From Lama guanicoe (lineage: Eukaryota): a DNA stretch of 64,000 nt. This document shows, in pieces, positions 27,095-39,715 of this stretch. Location: positions 744,001 through 808,000 of the forward strand of contig MU053652.1 in assembly GCA_013239625.1 (NCBI GenBank). Direction: 5' to 3'. Both the position numbers and the translations under genes were made by a program. The notes under the pieces were generated by a model that saw nothing but the letters and a program-made list of their open reading frames with translations, had not been told where the DNA came from and searched no databases. Positions within the stretch are counted from its first letter, which is position 1; every line of letters starts with the position of its first letter.

Positions 27095-29859
27095 TAGTTA
27101 TATTTAACGCAGAAAACATTTATTAATTTTCCTTGGATCCACTACAGTTAGTAAACACCCTCCTAAATCCAGTTTCAGCATGTCTGAATACTATATACAT
27201 ATTTATTATTATTATTAACAATGGGAGGATAGTAACACTTTTAACTACTCAAGCCCAAACTGTGGAGAGGAACCACCAGTTCAAAAGCACTGACATAAAG
27301 CCACCTAGACTTCCCTAGGGTTCTTTTTTGACCCTGCACAGGTATCTTTACTGTATTCATAATGTTAATTGTTCTCCTATTAAAGGAAACTCCCTCAAAG
27401 TAAATACCTGTCTTTAGTCATTTTAAGTTTCATTCGCTGAGTACTGGCCTGGCAAATGGTACACACTCAGGAAGCCCTGATTTAGGCAAAGTCGAAGGCT
27501 TGACAGCATGACATTCAATGTGTATCATCAAAAGCATTAAGTTTAACAAGAGTTGTTTCGGGGGTGGCATTCAGTGGTCTCAAAAATACCTAACTAAAGA
27601 AACAGCCTGACTTAAAATATGTTTCCAGTACCCTTCCAAATCATAAGACAGGCTGAAAGAAAAACAACACAATTGGGTACAAGACTGTCGCAAGTTAACC
27701 ATAACTGGAAAAAAGTTTTACATTCTGGGCCCAGAACAAATGTTTGCTCTGTCAAGCTAATCTTACATATTTTAATATTTAATTTCATCTTTGTTTTCAT
27801 TGCATTTTCAGGCAATTACATGTATTGCATGCTCTCCCCCCAGGAACTGTGACCATCTTGAAGGCAGGGTCTTTTTAAGCTCCAGTTAAGTATAATGCCT
27901 AAAGCTCTAATACAGTGTTCAGTAATTGATGAACCCAATAAATGTAACACCATTCTGAGAAGGCAGAAGGAAATTACCACAAATTCAAATGATGTCATCA
28001 AGCCCAGTGTTAACCTAGATATCCTAGATATAAGAGAATTCCTGTCTTTTTCATGTTCTCCATTTACTCAACCAAAAAACAGCCCCAATCTCAGATTAAA
28101 GTGTTAGGATCCAGAATCAAAAAAACCTCCCAGGAAAATCTGCTATGAAACTTTGAACATCTTCAAGTTGAAGCATATTCTACTGAAAATGTCTTATTAA
28201 AATAAAAAAAATAAAAATAAAAAGGAAAAATTCCTTACTCCACTTATAACTTAAAAAGTCAATCAAGGATGACCTAAAATTACTTAAAATCATTAATTTT
28301 TGCTTGCTTCCCACCCACATCCTTACTTCACAAATAATGAATTCAAACTTCAGAGTCATGCTTATTTGCTCTCCTAAAATCTGTTTTTCCCACTTAAGCT
28401 GTATATAGTTTTATGAAATGGTCCATTTCATAGCAGTATGTGAACAAAAGAGATGGTTGTATAGCTACATTCCAAGAATAAAAGCAGGTTCACAGGCGCA
28501 GATGCAAATTTGTCCGTTATGAAAATTTGCATTTCTACTGTTAATGCTTCTTATGAGACATCTATAAAGTGATTATAGTCTTCTGATCTTCTTAAAGCAC
28601 AATAGAGAAAGAAATATTAGACTGATCACAGAATGCTTGTGGTAATACAATTTCGCTCTGATCTCTTTCATGTACAACTCCATGGAGATCTTGCAGGCTC
28701 CTCTTGGCGCACTGTAATTATTTATTTACTAAATTTCTGAGCTTGGTGCCATGAAGTGGATTTAAATATTGTTATGCAGGTGATGCTTAGGGACAATGTC
28801 CTTCTGATGCTGCTTAATCTATTTTTACTCCCAGTACTATCTTGTCTAAGATCCAACACCATATGCATTGAAATAAGTTGTTCTTCAATGCTTCAAAACC
28901 TGATTTATTAGTTGTTTCCATCTGCCTCCAAAAACTGCAATGTGCATTTACTTTCACTGGCTGCACAAAAGGTTGAGGCTCAGTTTTCCTCCACTTTATC
29001 ATTTGATCAGCATATCTGACACATGTGTTAAGTTATCCTTTCAACTATATAAATCACTTAAAACCCACGCATCTTTTTCCTTTTTAAGATCAGGCCACTA
29101 CAGCAGGAGTTTGACTAATGCATTTGTCATCTTCCATATTTAATGTTTCAAAAAACTGATCTCAAAAAACTGTCCTTGCTCTTATAAAAAACAATGAAGC
29201 CAGGCAGAAACACTGATGCTTGCCCCAACTGGGAAAACGAATTGTAATTAGCAAATACATATTTTGTGATCTACAGTTAGGAAAAAACTGGACCAATGCT
29301 AGGGTCTGTAAATAACTACACCAAGAAATAATAACAGATGGAATAATCTGACAGTGTGGGAATTTTTAGGGAGATGAGAAAGAAAATGGTCTGGAAGAGG
29401 CAAGAAAGATTACCACATCCCTGTATGTGACAGAAAAGAGCCACTATTAAAACAGCAGCAAGGGGAACAGGCTCTCAAGGGGGAGATGGGTCTTAGTTCT
29501 AACTGCTCTAGGAAGAAGGTTAAAAGAGCATTCAATAAAGACATCTGGGATATAAAGGGTTTGCAATGACAAGATGGGTAACTTTACTGGACAGAGGAGG
29601 AAAATGGAGATGTACAGAGCAGTACTGGGGATAATGGGCCTGAGAATGTAAGATAACTGGGACCCTGGGCTCATTGTAGTAACTGATTTGAGTGAGATAC
29701 TGGGCATGATGCCATGGAACAGACTAAAGACATGAGCCTGTAAGAACTGCGGGGGATGAAGGACCATGACAATTACTAGGAATATACCCAGGCTTGAGGC
29801 CCTCACCTTCACTTCTTCAATGGTAGTATTAAAGCTACCTTCTTAAAATGGTCTCAGTT

Positions 29860-30322
29860 GATGAACAGTTCTCAATCCTCATCTTTCTTATTGGATCTAG
29901 CAGCACCAGTTGACTCAACTAACCTTTCTTTCTTGAAACAACTTCCTCACTTAGCTTCCAGGACCCTGACATCACTTGATTCTCCTTTTTACTTACTAGT
30001 CAGTCCTTTTCCATTTTCTTGACAATTCCTCCTCACTTTCCTGACTTTTTATCATTTGAGTATCCCAGGGTTCAACCCTTGACCCTTTTTTCTGCTCTAA
30101 ATACATGCCATAGAAGATTCCACTTAACCTGGCAGCTTTAAGTATCATCCATATGCCAATGACACCTCAGTTAATAACTCCAGTCCAGACTTGTGTGTCC
30201 AGCTAACTACTCAGCATCTCCACTGGAATGCTAATAGGAATGATCCTAATTTACCCAAAAACAACCTCTCACCAACCTCTCCCATTCCCTACTAGCTCCT
30301 CCAACAGCCTTCCTTATCTCAG
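29860..30322 (+). mobile_element. L2 ORF2 fragment
   Basis: ttcttgaaacaacttcctcacttagcttccaggac...cccagggttcaacccttgaccc...cagcatctccactggaatg. Confidence 0.8.
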
Positions 30323-30323
30323 C

Positions 30324-30710
30324 AAAAAAAAAGAGTAAAGTACTGACTCATACTACAACATGGATGAACCTCAAAAACATTATGCTGAGAGAAACCAAAC
30401 ACAAAAGGCCACATGTTGTACTGTTTCATTTATACTGGATGTCCAGAATAGGCAAATCTGCAGACAGAACATAGGTGAGTGGTTAGCAGGGGCTGAGGGA
30501 AGGCGGGATGGAAAGTGACTGCTAACAGTTAGAGATTTCTACTGGGGAGGGGGCGCTGATAAAAATGTTCTGGAATTAGATAGTAGTGATGATTGCAAAA
30601 CTCTATGACCATACTAAAAATCAGTGAATTGTACACTGTAAAACAGTGCATATTATGGTATGAGAATTGCATCTCAATAAAAACATTTAAAATAAAATGA
30701 AAATAATAAA
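30324..30710 (+). mobile_element. L1MB (MB7/8-like) 3' end inserted in L2
   Basis: tactacaacatggatgaacctcaaaaacattatgct...gtccagaataggcaaatc...aaaatgttctggaattagatagtagtgatgattgca...atctcaataaa. Confidence 0.92.
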
Positions 30711-33700
30711 AGGTTACAGGAACTTTGTTTTGTTTGCTTTTAGATCTCAAGAATCTATAACAACATCTGACAACAGTGGGTACTCAGAAAACTTTGGCTG
30801 AATAATTTGATGAGTTACACTCTAAAGTTCACATACACATATATACACCTAATAGCATTTTACTGTTCTCTCTTCTTCATACATCAGTACTTAATGATGT
30901 GTCAAAGAGGAGCAGAGCTAAGACCAAAAGTCCATTGTTCTTATTTTGAAACCAGTCCTAAAAATTCACGTAAATATGAAAAAAGAGCCAACCAAGAAGT
31001 AACAAGTGTGTTAATTCTTCAAGTTCAGAACTCTCTCAAGTTCATTTTAATTATTTAGGTATTTGTATAACACTGCCATTTAAGCTTAAAAATTACTTTC
31101 AATAGAGCACAAAGGGTAAATTCTAAATCAATCCACTGATAGGTATTGTAAAACTATTTTGTGAGAAAACAGTATAGTGAGAGAAAACAAGAAGTCTAAG
31201 ATACCGTAACCTACCATCAAGGAATTTATAACCTTTGTGGGTAGAAAATAAAGACCCAGGTCCTAAAATTTCCAAAGGTAAAAGACCAGCAAACAAAAGA
31301 ATAAAATTACACAGGATTTTAATTTGGTTGTGATTGGGGAAAAAAAATTTCATATCCAATATTCTTATTTTTTTAATCTGGAATTTTTTTTCAGTGTGGA
31401 AAAGAACCTATCATTAACTTGGGTAGTAACAGACAATCAATATATTTTTTTTTTATTTTGATGACCAGAACACCACAGTATACCTTAAAACCCAGGTAAC
31501 CACATTACTCGACACTCACACACTTACTAATTTTTTCTGCGCACACAAGGAACTCACTTTCCATTTCCCACTGGCAGGCAGAGATCATTCCTAATACCAC
31601 AGGTTCCCCAAGTGTGCCGCTGCCTGGGGCACTCAGGCCAAAGCACAGAACACACCTGTCAGGAAGAAAGGCCCAGACAAAGCTGAAGTATCCGATTGTC
31701 TAGATTTCACCCTGCCATATCGTATTCCTCAGCCTGTTCATCCATAATCTGTTTTAGATGGGTTTCTCTCCCTTCTCATCTTGGCAGCACTGTTTTGTCT
31801 GAAATTCAATCACAGATGAATTAGACTTTAGGAAACAGTCCCGTTCTAGCTCTGTTGTCACATCAGAAACCCCAGACCCTGTGTTAATTTTGTTACAGCT
31901 TTTAGTTCTCGCATTTCCATGCAAAAATCACTTCCCCCTGGAGAATGCCAGTGATATTGGCAAGAAAGCACAAGGGGCTGCCACACAACTCAATCGCCAA
32001 TAACAACCGGCGAAACTCAGCAGACATTAGTAATCACGGGAAAACAGCCAGAACTTTAATCACAATTCTTTCAAAAACAGCCAGGGATTTCAAAATGTTG
32101 TTATTCTAGGATATGACCCTAATACAGTGCTTAATCAAAGCCTCTGCCAGTACAAGAATAACCTGCAGACTTTAATAAAAACCAATTTCATAAAAGTCAG
32201 TGTGTCAGCATCATGCTGGACCCAATTTAGCAAAACTCTAAGAAGTTTACATCTATACACATTCTACAGATAAAATTTGTTTATGATACTATATAGCACA
32301 TCCATATATGGGACTGTGTATTTATATAAATACACACACGTGCGCACCCACATACACATTGCCATTTAGGCATGCAGTCACAAAATTAAGGTTATACAGT
32401 CAACAAAAGCACTGCAAATTGTCAACCTGTGTAATTGGTGACCAGCTGGATGCACAGGTGCAGGATCTGGATGGGATGGCCTGGGTGTCCCAGAGATGAT
32501 CTGGAGGCTTTCTTCAAACTAGAAACTGAGGACAGAGCATTTTTGGTGCCAAGCCTCTGCTGGCAACAGACACAAGTCCCAGATGTTCACAAAGCCACAA
32601 AGCTTGACTTAACTCTGTCACCAGCTCTATTTTTAGGCTACGTCCTGGTGACATGGCAAAGGTCATGATCATATCTCAAGATACAGCAGGTGCCACGAAG
32701 TCTACTGTAGCTAGAGAGAGAGCAGCAGAGCCGTTCTTTGTCATCAAGGAGAAAGAAGAAAAGCAGGCACTGCTGGTCCATCCTGTCTGCTATACTCCCA
32801 TTTCGGGGGCTGTTCTCTTCTCCCCATCTAGGAGAGAATGGAGGGAAGTAGCAGGGAGTGGAGGGGCACGGGGAGGGAGAGAGGCTGTACTGAAATGTTC
32901 TGTATATTTACAAAGAGGGTTTCCACCAGGAAACATATATAGTATATAATATGTATTATATTGCTTATATAATATATATTTTTATACATGTATATATGTG
33001 TATATGTATAAAATAAGACATTATATATAATTTATGATGGTGGAATATAAATACAACAATTCAGAGTGATTTATAGCCTATTAGAAATGAAAGGAATGAG
33101 TTCATTCTTAATTCTTAAAAAACATATGCCCATATGCATACAGAAATACACATATGTATATACACACACAGTTACACACACACCTCCAAACATTTCCACA
33201 AACTGCTTTATATCACCAGATCTTTCTACCAGACCTTTCTACCAATAAAAGGGGAGAAATTCCTCTGAATAGAAGCAATGTAACTAGGAGTGAATATCCC
33301 AGGCCAATAAACATTAAAATTAAGCATTTCAATTAAATTTTTAAAAATCTGAGTTTTTTTTTTTTTACCCCTGAAAGTGTTCTTTCAAACACTTCAATCA
33401 CAAAGGGGAGAGGTCTATTGAAAAAAAAAGAAAGAAAGAAAGAAAGAAGGAAAAGAACATGCCAAATAAAATACTTCTTTATTAAAAAAAAAAAAAGGCA
33501 GAAAAACAAGGGAGAGGCGAGGCAAGGCAAAGGAGTCTACATCTGTTGCATTTCTAGTCACCGTTACCAGGACAATCTTTAGGGGGTTATTCCCAGGATG
33601 AGTGATTCACAGCAAACCTGCTTCCAAATGTATATTGACAATATTTAATCATGTACTTTCTTGGCATCATCTATGTGTAGTTGATGCTTCTACAGAAGCT

Positions 33701-36700
33701 AAGAAAAAGGCTACTTCACAAATGCCTGTTTCTATTTGACTAAAGATTTGAAATATTAAGAAAATAAGGCAACGATGCCTTAAGCTAAAATCCTTCACTG
33801 GTTAGAGACAGAGATGCACTTCTGTCCCACAACAGGCTGTGGGGGAACAAAGGGAGAAGATGGCAAAGTTGTAAAGCTTCTTATTTTCTTCTGAGTAAGA
33901 TCGAATTTTTTTTTTGCTTATGTTTCCTGAATTATGAATTCTTGAAACATCAGAGAGACCCACATGTAAATGCTGAAATATTTTGTACATGATTTTCTAA
34001 TTATCCGCCTTTCTGGGAAATTTACAAGATTGATTCTCTCCATTAGTGCAAATAATAGAGGGTACTCTGTGCCTAGATGATTGGGCAAGTGGGAAACCAC
34101 AGCACCCTCGTTTCACTGAAGAAGAAAATAGGTCGACACAAACCTCAATGCCTTACAGTAACATAGCTGCTAAATGTTCAAATTGCTTTCGCAGTCACAC
34201 TGTCATCTGAGCCTCAGAGCACTGTGTTACTGAAGCAACTGATGAGAAAATCAAGACACGAAAGGTGCAGCGCTCTGAGTCAGATCCCTACAGATGGCTA
34301 GGGGTTTAAAACCAATGGAAATGCTAGGCAATGGAAGAACATTCAAACATCTCCAAAGTCAAGGGACCTGTCTAGTTTCTGACACCCATTACATAATTTA
34401 CTTATAGAGCGCTATTTAGGGAAAACAGGGTAAAGCTGGACATTAATTTGCACTTTGTAGAGTAAAATCGTACCACTTTCCCCCCAAATATCTCATCACA
34501 GGTAACAAAATAAATGAATAAATAAAAGGTAGGCTTTTGGACATAAAACATTCCACACAATTTCAACATTTAACCTGCACCAAATTATTTCCCCTTCAAG
34601 GTTTCTTAAACCTTAGATCACTCTTAGATCCTAAAATTTCTCTCTCAGTTTAGGCTGTGACAGTTCTGCCTCAGTGACATGTGGAATGGTCAGTATGACT
34701 GTCTTTGGTTTGAGGACAGCCTCTTCATCACTCACCGAGTCAACTTGTTGGAAAAACATTACTTATTTTTACCTAACATACAGCTAGGCATCACAGGAAT
34801 TTTTTTTTTTGATAAATACGCTTTTAAAGACTTATTAAATTCTATTACATCTTTATGTAACCACATGAAATATGAATTGATAGGAAATTAGAATGCATTT
34901 ATTCTTGTTTTAATATTTAATAGGAATAAAACACAAAACTGGCTTATTTTTGTTTGTTTAATAATTTATTTTGTATATTGTTTTTAAGATGTATATTTTA
35001 CTACGTTTGCTCAAATAGCCTTGCTCATCTATTATAGAAACACACTGTGACATGAATTTTGGAAAAGTGAGGTACAGGAGTTGTGACAACTGGATGCAAC
35101 AAAAAAAGAAGTGTCTCTTAAAGTCAATCCTTCAGTGTGTAGAAAACAGAACTGAAGAATCTCAAATCAGGAGGGATGTCTATAATTCAAGAGCTTCCAA
35201 CCATAAAGATCTCCTCTGATTGTATAGATCTGACAACCGAACTTTATCTGCCATTCTTCTCAATCCAGATTCCCAAAGATGAGCTGATTCCCATTTTACA
35301 ATTACATACACATTAGTAATTCAGGGAGTAAGATGGCCTATGGCTTAAAGATTTCTATCTGGATTATCTCCGGCTCTGAAGGTTATGCCTGCTGGGTAAG
35401 GATTACCAGAGTTAATTTCAGATAGTGAACTGGAGATACAAAGGTTAAAGAAGCAATGCCAGGGTCTACAACCAGAACAGTAAAGCAGCTTCTCCAATCC
35501 TGCCTTGACAAATCTCTCTTGCTGAGATGTTATTCATTCTCCTGCTTCCCTTGTAAAAACAAAATAAAACAGCGAAGTACCTACAGCACACAAGTGCTGA
35601 CTGTTTGTAGTACTTTTTCTCTGCTGTGTTTCACAACAGATGAAGACTGAGAAGAATTATTAAGACTAAAACAAAAGACTTTCCTACATTTTTGAATATT
35701 AAATCCCTTTGATTAATTTCTATTTAATTATTGGATGGATCGTTCAAGGCCTCACTAGATAATCCCAAGTGTGTACTTTCCTGCATGCAATATAGTGGCC
35801 AAAGGGGAATGGTTTCCAAAGGCTTCTTAAGTTGCAAAGAGCTCAAGCCCAGATCTTGCCATGCTTTTGTTTGGTCAAAGAATCATCCCAGCAGGTGAAT
35901 TTCAGAGTTCGGAATGGGAAAAATACAACATCTGGGTGAGAGGTTCAACAGACTCAAATGATATTCTCAGGATACAACACACATCACTGCCACACGTCCA
36001 CGTAACTGAATCCTCCTTGTTGCCACAGCACAAGGCAAATGAAAGCCAATGAACCAACTCTCAAATCTATACACATTAACTCCCCCAAAACCAAGTGCCA
36101 CCTTTTATAATCTAACCAGCCGCCCATTCTGTCTAGAAGTGTACAGACCTAGAGGAACTCACTTCTGCAATTAAATAAGCCCCTTAAATTCATATCAGCA
36201 ACTTTAGTTGGAAAAGAGGTATTTTTTAAACAAATATATACAGCATTAAAAATGAAGGAAAAGAGGCAGTGTTGCTAGGAAATATGACCACATATGTATT
36301 TTTTAGCTATTATTAAAAGGAAATTACCTTAAAGTAGCTGAAAAGGGGGCCAAAAAGTGCTAGGTCTTCATATCCTTTTTATTTAGACCTCTTATTTTAT
36401 ATGAAACAAAGAAAAGACAATGGCAAAAAAAAAGTAATCTTTGTTACTACTTTACTTAATGGCTAAGAAATGATGATTCACTCACACAGAAAACCGTAAA
36501 AAAGCCAGCCAGAAATACTGAAACAAACAGCATTTTGTTTGTTTGGTTTTTTTTTTTTTTTTTTGGATGTTTTTAAATTTTTTTAATTGGTAGTTTGTGG
36601 GGGGGGCGGGTGGGTGGGGGGAGGGAGGGAAGAAGAAAATCATTCATCTTGTGTATGTGGTATTTAATTTCCTTTCTGGACTGAACTGAGGATCTGTGTC

Positions 36701-37974
36701 TCATGAATCTAAATGCTGCCACATGGCCCAGTTCCTAATGATTGGTCTATTACACTATAGCTGGATTTATTTGAACAATTAAATGGCTTGTCCAAAACAG
36801 AAGGCATACCTGCCTTCCTGTAGATAAAATACACCAATTCCCTTAGGGGATGAATACAGGGCAAGAATACAAAGAAGTGTGCCTAACAATGGTAAAAATG
36901 TCAGGAAACAGAAAATGTCAAATCCCCAAGGGAAAAACCAACTCAAACTTTGGTGGGAGCTCAGGCACCACTTTTTTGTGTGATGAAATTATAGTCTACA
37001 GTCTCCCCTAAGGGAAAACAAATGCTCGAACTAATCAAAGAGTAGTGTTTGGTGGATTTTCTTTTTCTCAAAGTTCAAAACAAAAGCAATAGCAACAAGA
37101 TAACCTTCATGTCACTGCTGTCAGGAAATTTAACTCTTTCCAGGATAACTTTTCTTTGGGTGAAAAAAAACTGAACCAGAAATGGGAGTTTGCGCATTTC
37201 TGAGTTCCTCTTTCTGATTCCAATTTCCTGCCTGGTAGGCTGGAAGCTAAAGAAATCTGGAGGACAAATTTAACTGTTAGTTACATATTCAAGTCATCAT
37301 CTGATTTTGCTGATGGGTTCCAACAATGATGCTAAAATTCGGACATTTTACTTGATTTTTGGTCAGTCTGACATGGAAACACCTTGTAAGAGACAAACGA
37401 TTTAAAGTAAAATTGGCCGCAGGCTCTGCACCTTTCTAATGCCAGTCTAGTTCAGTTTCAGCATGAGCACTCGAGTTTCACTTAGTTCTCAGTTCAGGTA
37501 ATTTCCCCTCGGAGGTCCCATTTCCATTATGAAACTCAAAGTCCCTGCCACCTTCATTCCAAGTCTCCAAAGAGAAATAAATAACGCCTCGTGGAGGCAA
37601 CTAATCTTTATTCTTCTGGTTTCAATTGTGCAATCCTAAGCATCTGGTCTAATAAAAATCAGATGAAACAAGTATTAAATATTTCATTTTCATGGAATGC
37701 CATCAACCTCCTCTTAGATAGGAAGACCTTTTCCACCACTTGTAGTTACATTTTGATATTGCATCAATGCCTTGTCAGGAGGATGTATTTTCACTGCAGT
37801 GAAAGTGGCGTGAGGAGAAAAAGAGTGAATTCAAATTAATTCCTCATTGCAGGAGCTCGTAATGGAGCTGAGGTCAGAGCTCAGGTCTGAACACATTTCT
37901 AGGCAAAGAACAACATGTCATAGACTAAGTACTAAGTGTTAGTCAAGTGCTTCAGGACTTCTAAAGAGAAAACT

Positions 37975-38335
37975 TCTCAGAGAGGTCTTCCCCACCCACC
38001 CCATCTAAAATTTCAAACTTCTCTCTTGATATTTCTTGTCTCCCTTTCTTTCTTTAATTTTTTTCCTTTGCATTTATCATTATTGGAACTTTGTTTCTTA
38101 TTTGTTATTTTTTTTTTTTGGAGGTACTGGGGATTGAACCCAGGACCTCATGCATGTTAAGCATGCACCCTACTGCTGAGCTATACCCTCCCCCTAGAAC
38201 TTTATTTCTTATCCTGTTTATCATTCATCTCTTCCACAATGGAAAGGATTTTTGTCCATTTTGTTCGCTGCTGCATCTCCACTGCCAATAGTGCCAAAAC
38301 TGTTTGTTGAATGAATAAATATGTGAATGAATTAG
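37975..38335 (+). mobile_element. L2 3' end (interrupted by a Vic-1 SINE)
   Basis: gagaggtcttcccc...ttttgttcgctgctgcatctcc...tgtttgttgaatgaataaat tail. Confidence 0.75.
38102..38194 (-). mobile_element. Vic-1-type SINE inserted into an L2
   Basis: ggaggtactggggattgaacccaggacctcatgcatg...gagctataccctcccc with a T-tail and a 16-bp TSD gaacttt(g/a)tttcttat at 38086-38101 and 38197-38212. Confidence 0.92.
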
Positions 38336-39114
38336 ATGTCCCAGAGAGATAAAGATCAGAAATACTATCTACTATGGTTCACATCAATTTTTATTAATTT
38401 AACCCACACAATGGCTTATTTTACAAATAAGGAATCTGAAATTCAAAAAGTTCTTCAAAGTTACGCAGGTAAGAGGAGCCGCCCAAGGAGTTACACAAAG
38501 CTCTTTGTTTATTCAGCATCACACAGCCTCCTCTTTAATGAGGAGACTTGAACTATTGTGTTGGGCCTTTGAATGAGTGAGGAGTAAAGGTAATGGAAAC
38601 AGCCCAAGAAAAGGCACAAATGAAAATTCAGGAAGATCAAATATTACAGAATGGCAAAAATCTAAAATTTGCGCTGAGATTTACATCCAGAAAGATAAAT
38701 TAGAGATAGACGTTGCAGGGCCTTAAATGTCACAACCTGTATTTAAACAAATGAACACTTTCAAACTTCATTTTTCTTCAACAGTAGAGCCTTTCTTTGT
38801 CTTTTGAGAGAAAACCCTAGAGACAAGAAGGTAGCTTAAGAGAAAACTGCAGTAGACTAAAAGCAAAGGCCTGAAAAACAATGATTGGGGGGGGAGACAG
38901 GGAGAATGCCAGATTTGAAAAGTACTGCAAAAGAAAAAAGCAAAAGAACTTGGTAACAGATTAGGCCAAGATAACTGCCAGAGAGGACTCGCAATTCTGG
39001 ATTCCAGCTACAGTGACAACGCTGCTCTTTTGAGAGAACAAGGAAATTTAGGAAGAAAAGGATTCTGAGCAGAGATGACAACTATGACTTCAGTTAAGTG
39101 TCGAGGTCCCCAAG

Positions 39115-39415
39115 GTTCTGTTCTCCAATTCTTTGTACTTCTTCGCTCCCTGAATGAGCAAATATACAATCACAGTATCAACTACCACCTGAATACTACT
39201 TAAACCTAAATACATGTATGGTTCTGTACTTTCTCCCAAGCTCCAGACTTCACCTGAATACCTCCTACATTTCAAAGTCAACAGTCTGAACTCCTCATCT
39301 CTATATCCTCCTCTTCTTCTCTCAAAGCTAGACCCTCCATTGCCCGGTTTCCCATGTCAGTAGTCATCTCACCTTTCTCCCTGCATTATTCTCCTTCCTC
39401 CACCCAATCAGTCAG
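39115..39415 (+). mobile_element. L2 fragment (an opposite-strand L2 piece lies at about 38940-39112)
   Basis: tcaactaccacctg...ctcccaagctccagact...ctgaactcctcatct...cacccaatcagtca. Confidence 0.6.
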
Positions 39416-39559
39416 AGGGACTGAAGAAGCATGTTCAAGTTCACTTTATACCTTTCTGCATTATTTGAATCTCTACAATAAGTATACATAACTCCCATAA
39501 CTTAAAACCCATAGATTCAACAGAAAATAGCAAATGTTGGTGAAGGAAGGAGAGTCTAG

Positions 39560-39715
39560 ATGTATGTACACCCATGCTTATAGCAGCATTATTCACCGTA
39601 TCCCCATATTATTACTTAGATAGCTAAAGCAGGAAACAACTCAAATATCCATCAGATGGATGAATGGAATGGGTAATTTTACCACAAATAAAAATTTAAA
39701 AATTTAAAAATAAAT
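39560..39715 (+). mobile_element. L1 fragments
   Basis: tacacccatgcttatagcagcattattcac...aaacaactcaaatatccatcagatggatgaatgga. Confidence 0.7.

Noticed and set aside
28560..29240. Possible fossil coding sequence on the minus strand
   Set aside because: All frames are interrupted and I recognised no protein family. BLASTX would be needed.
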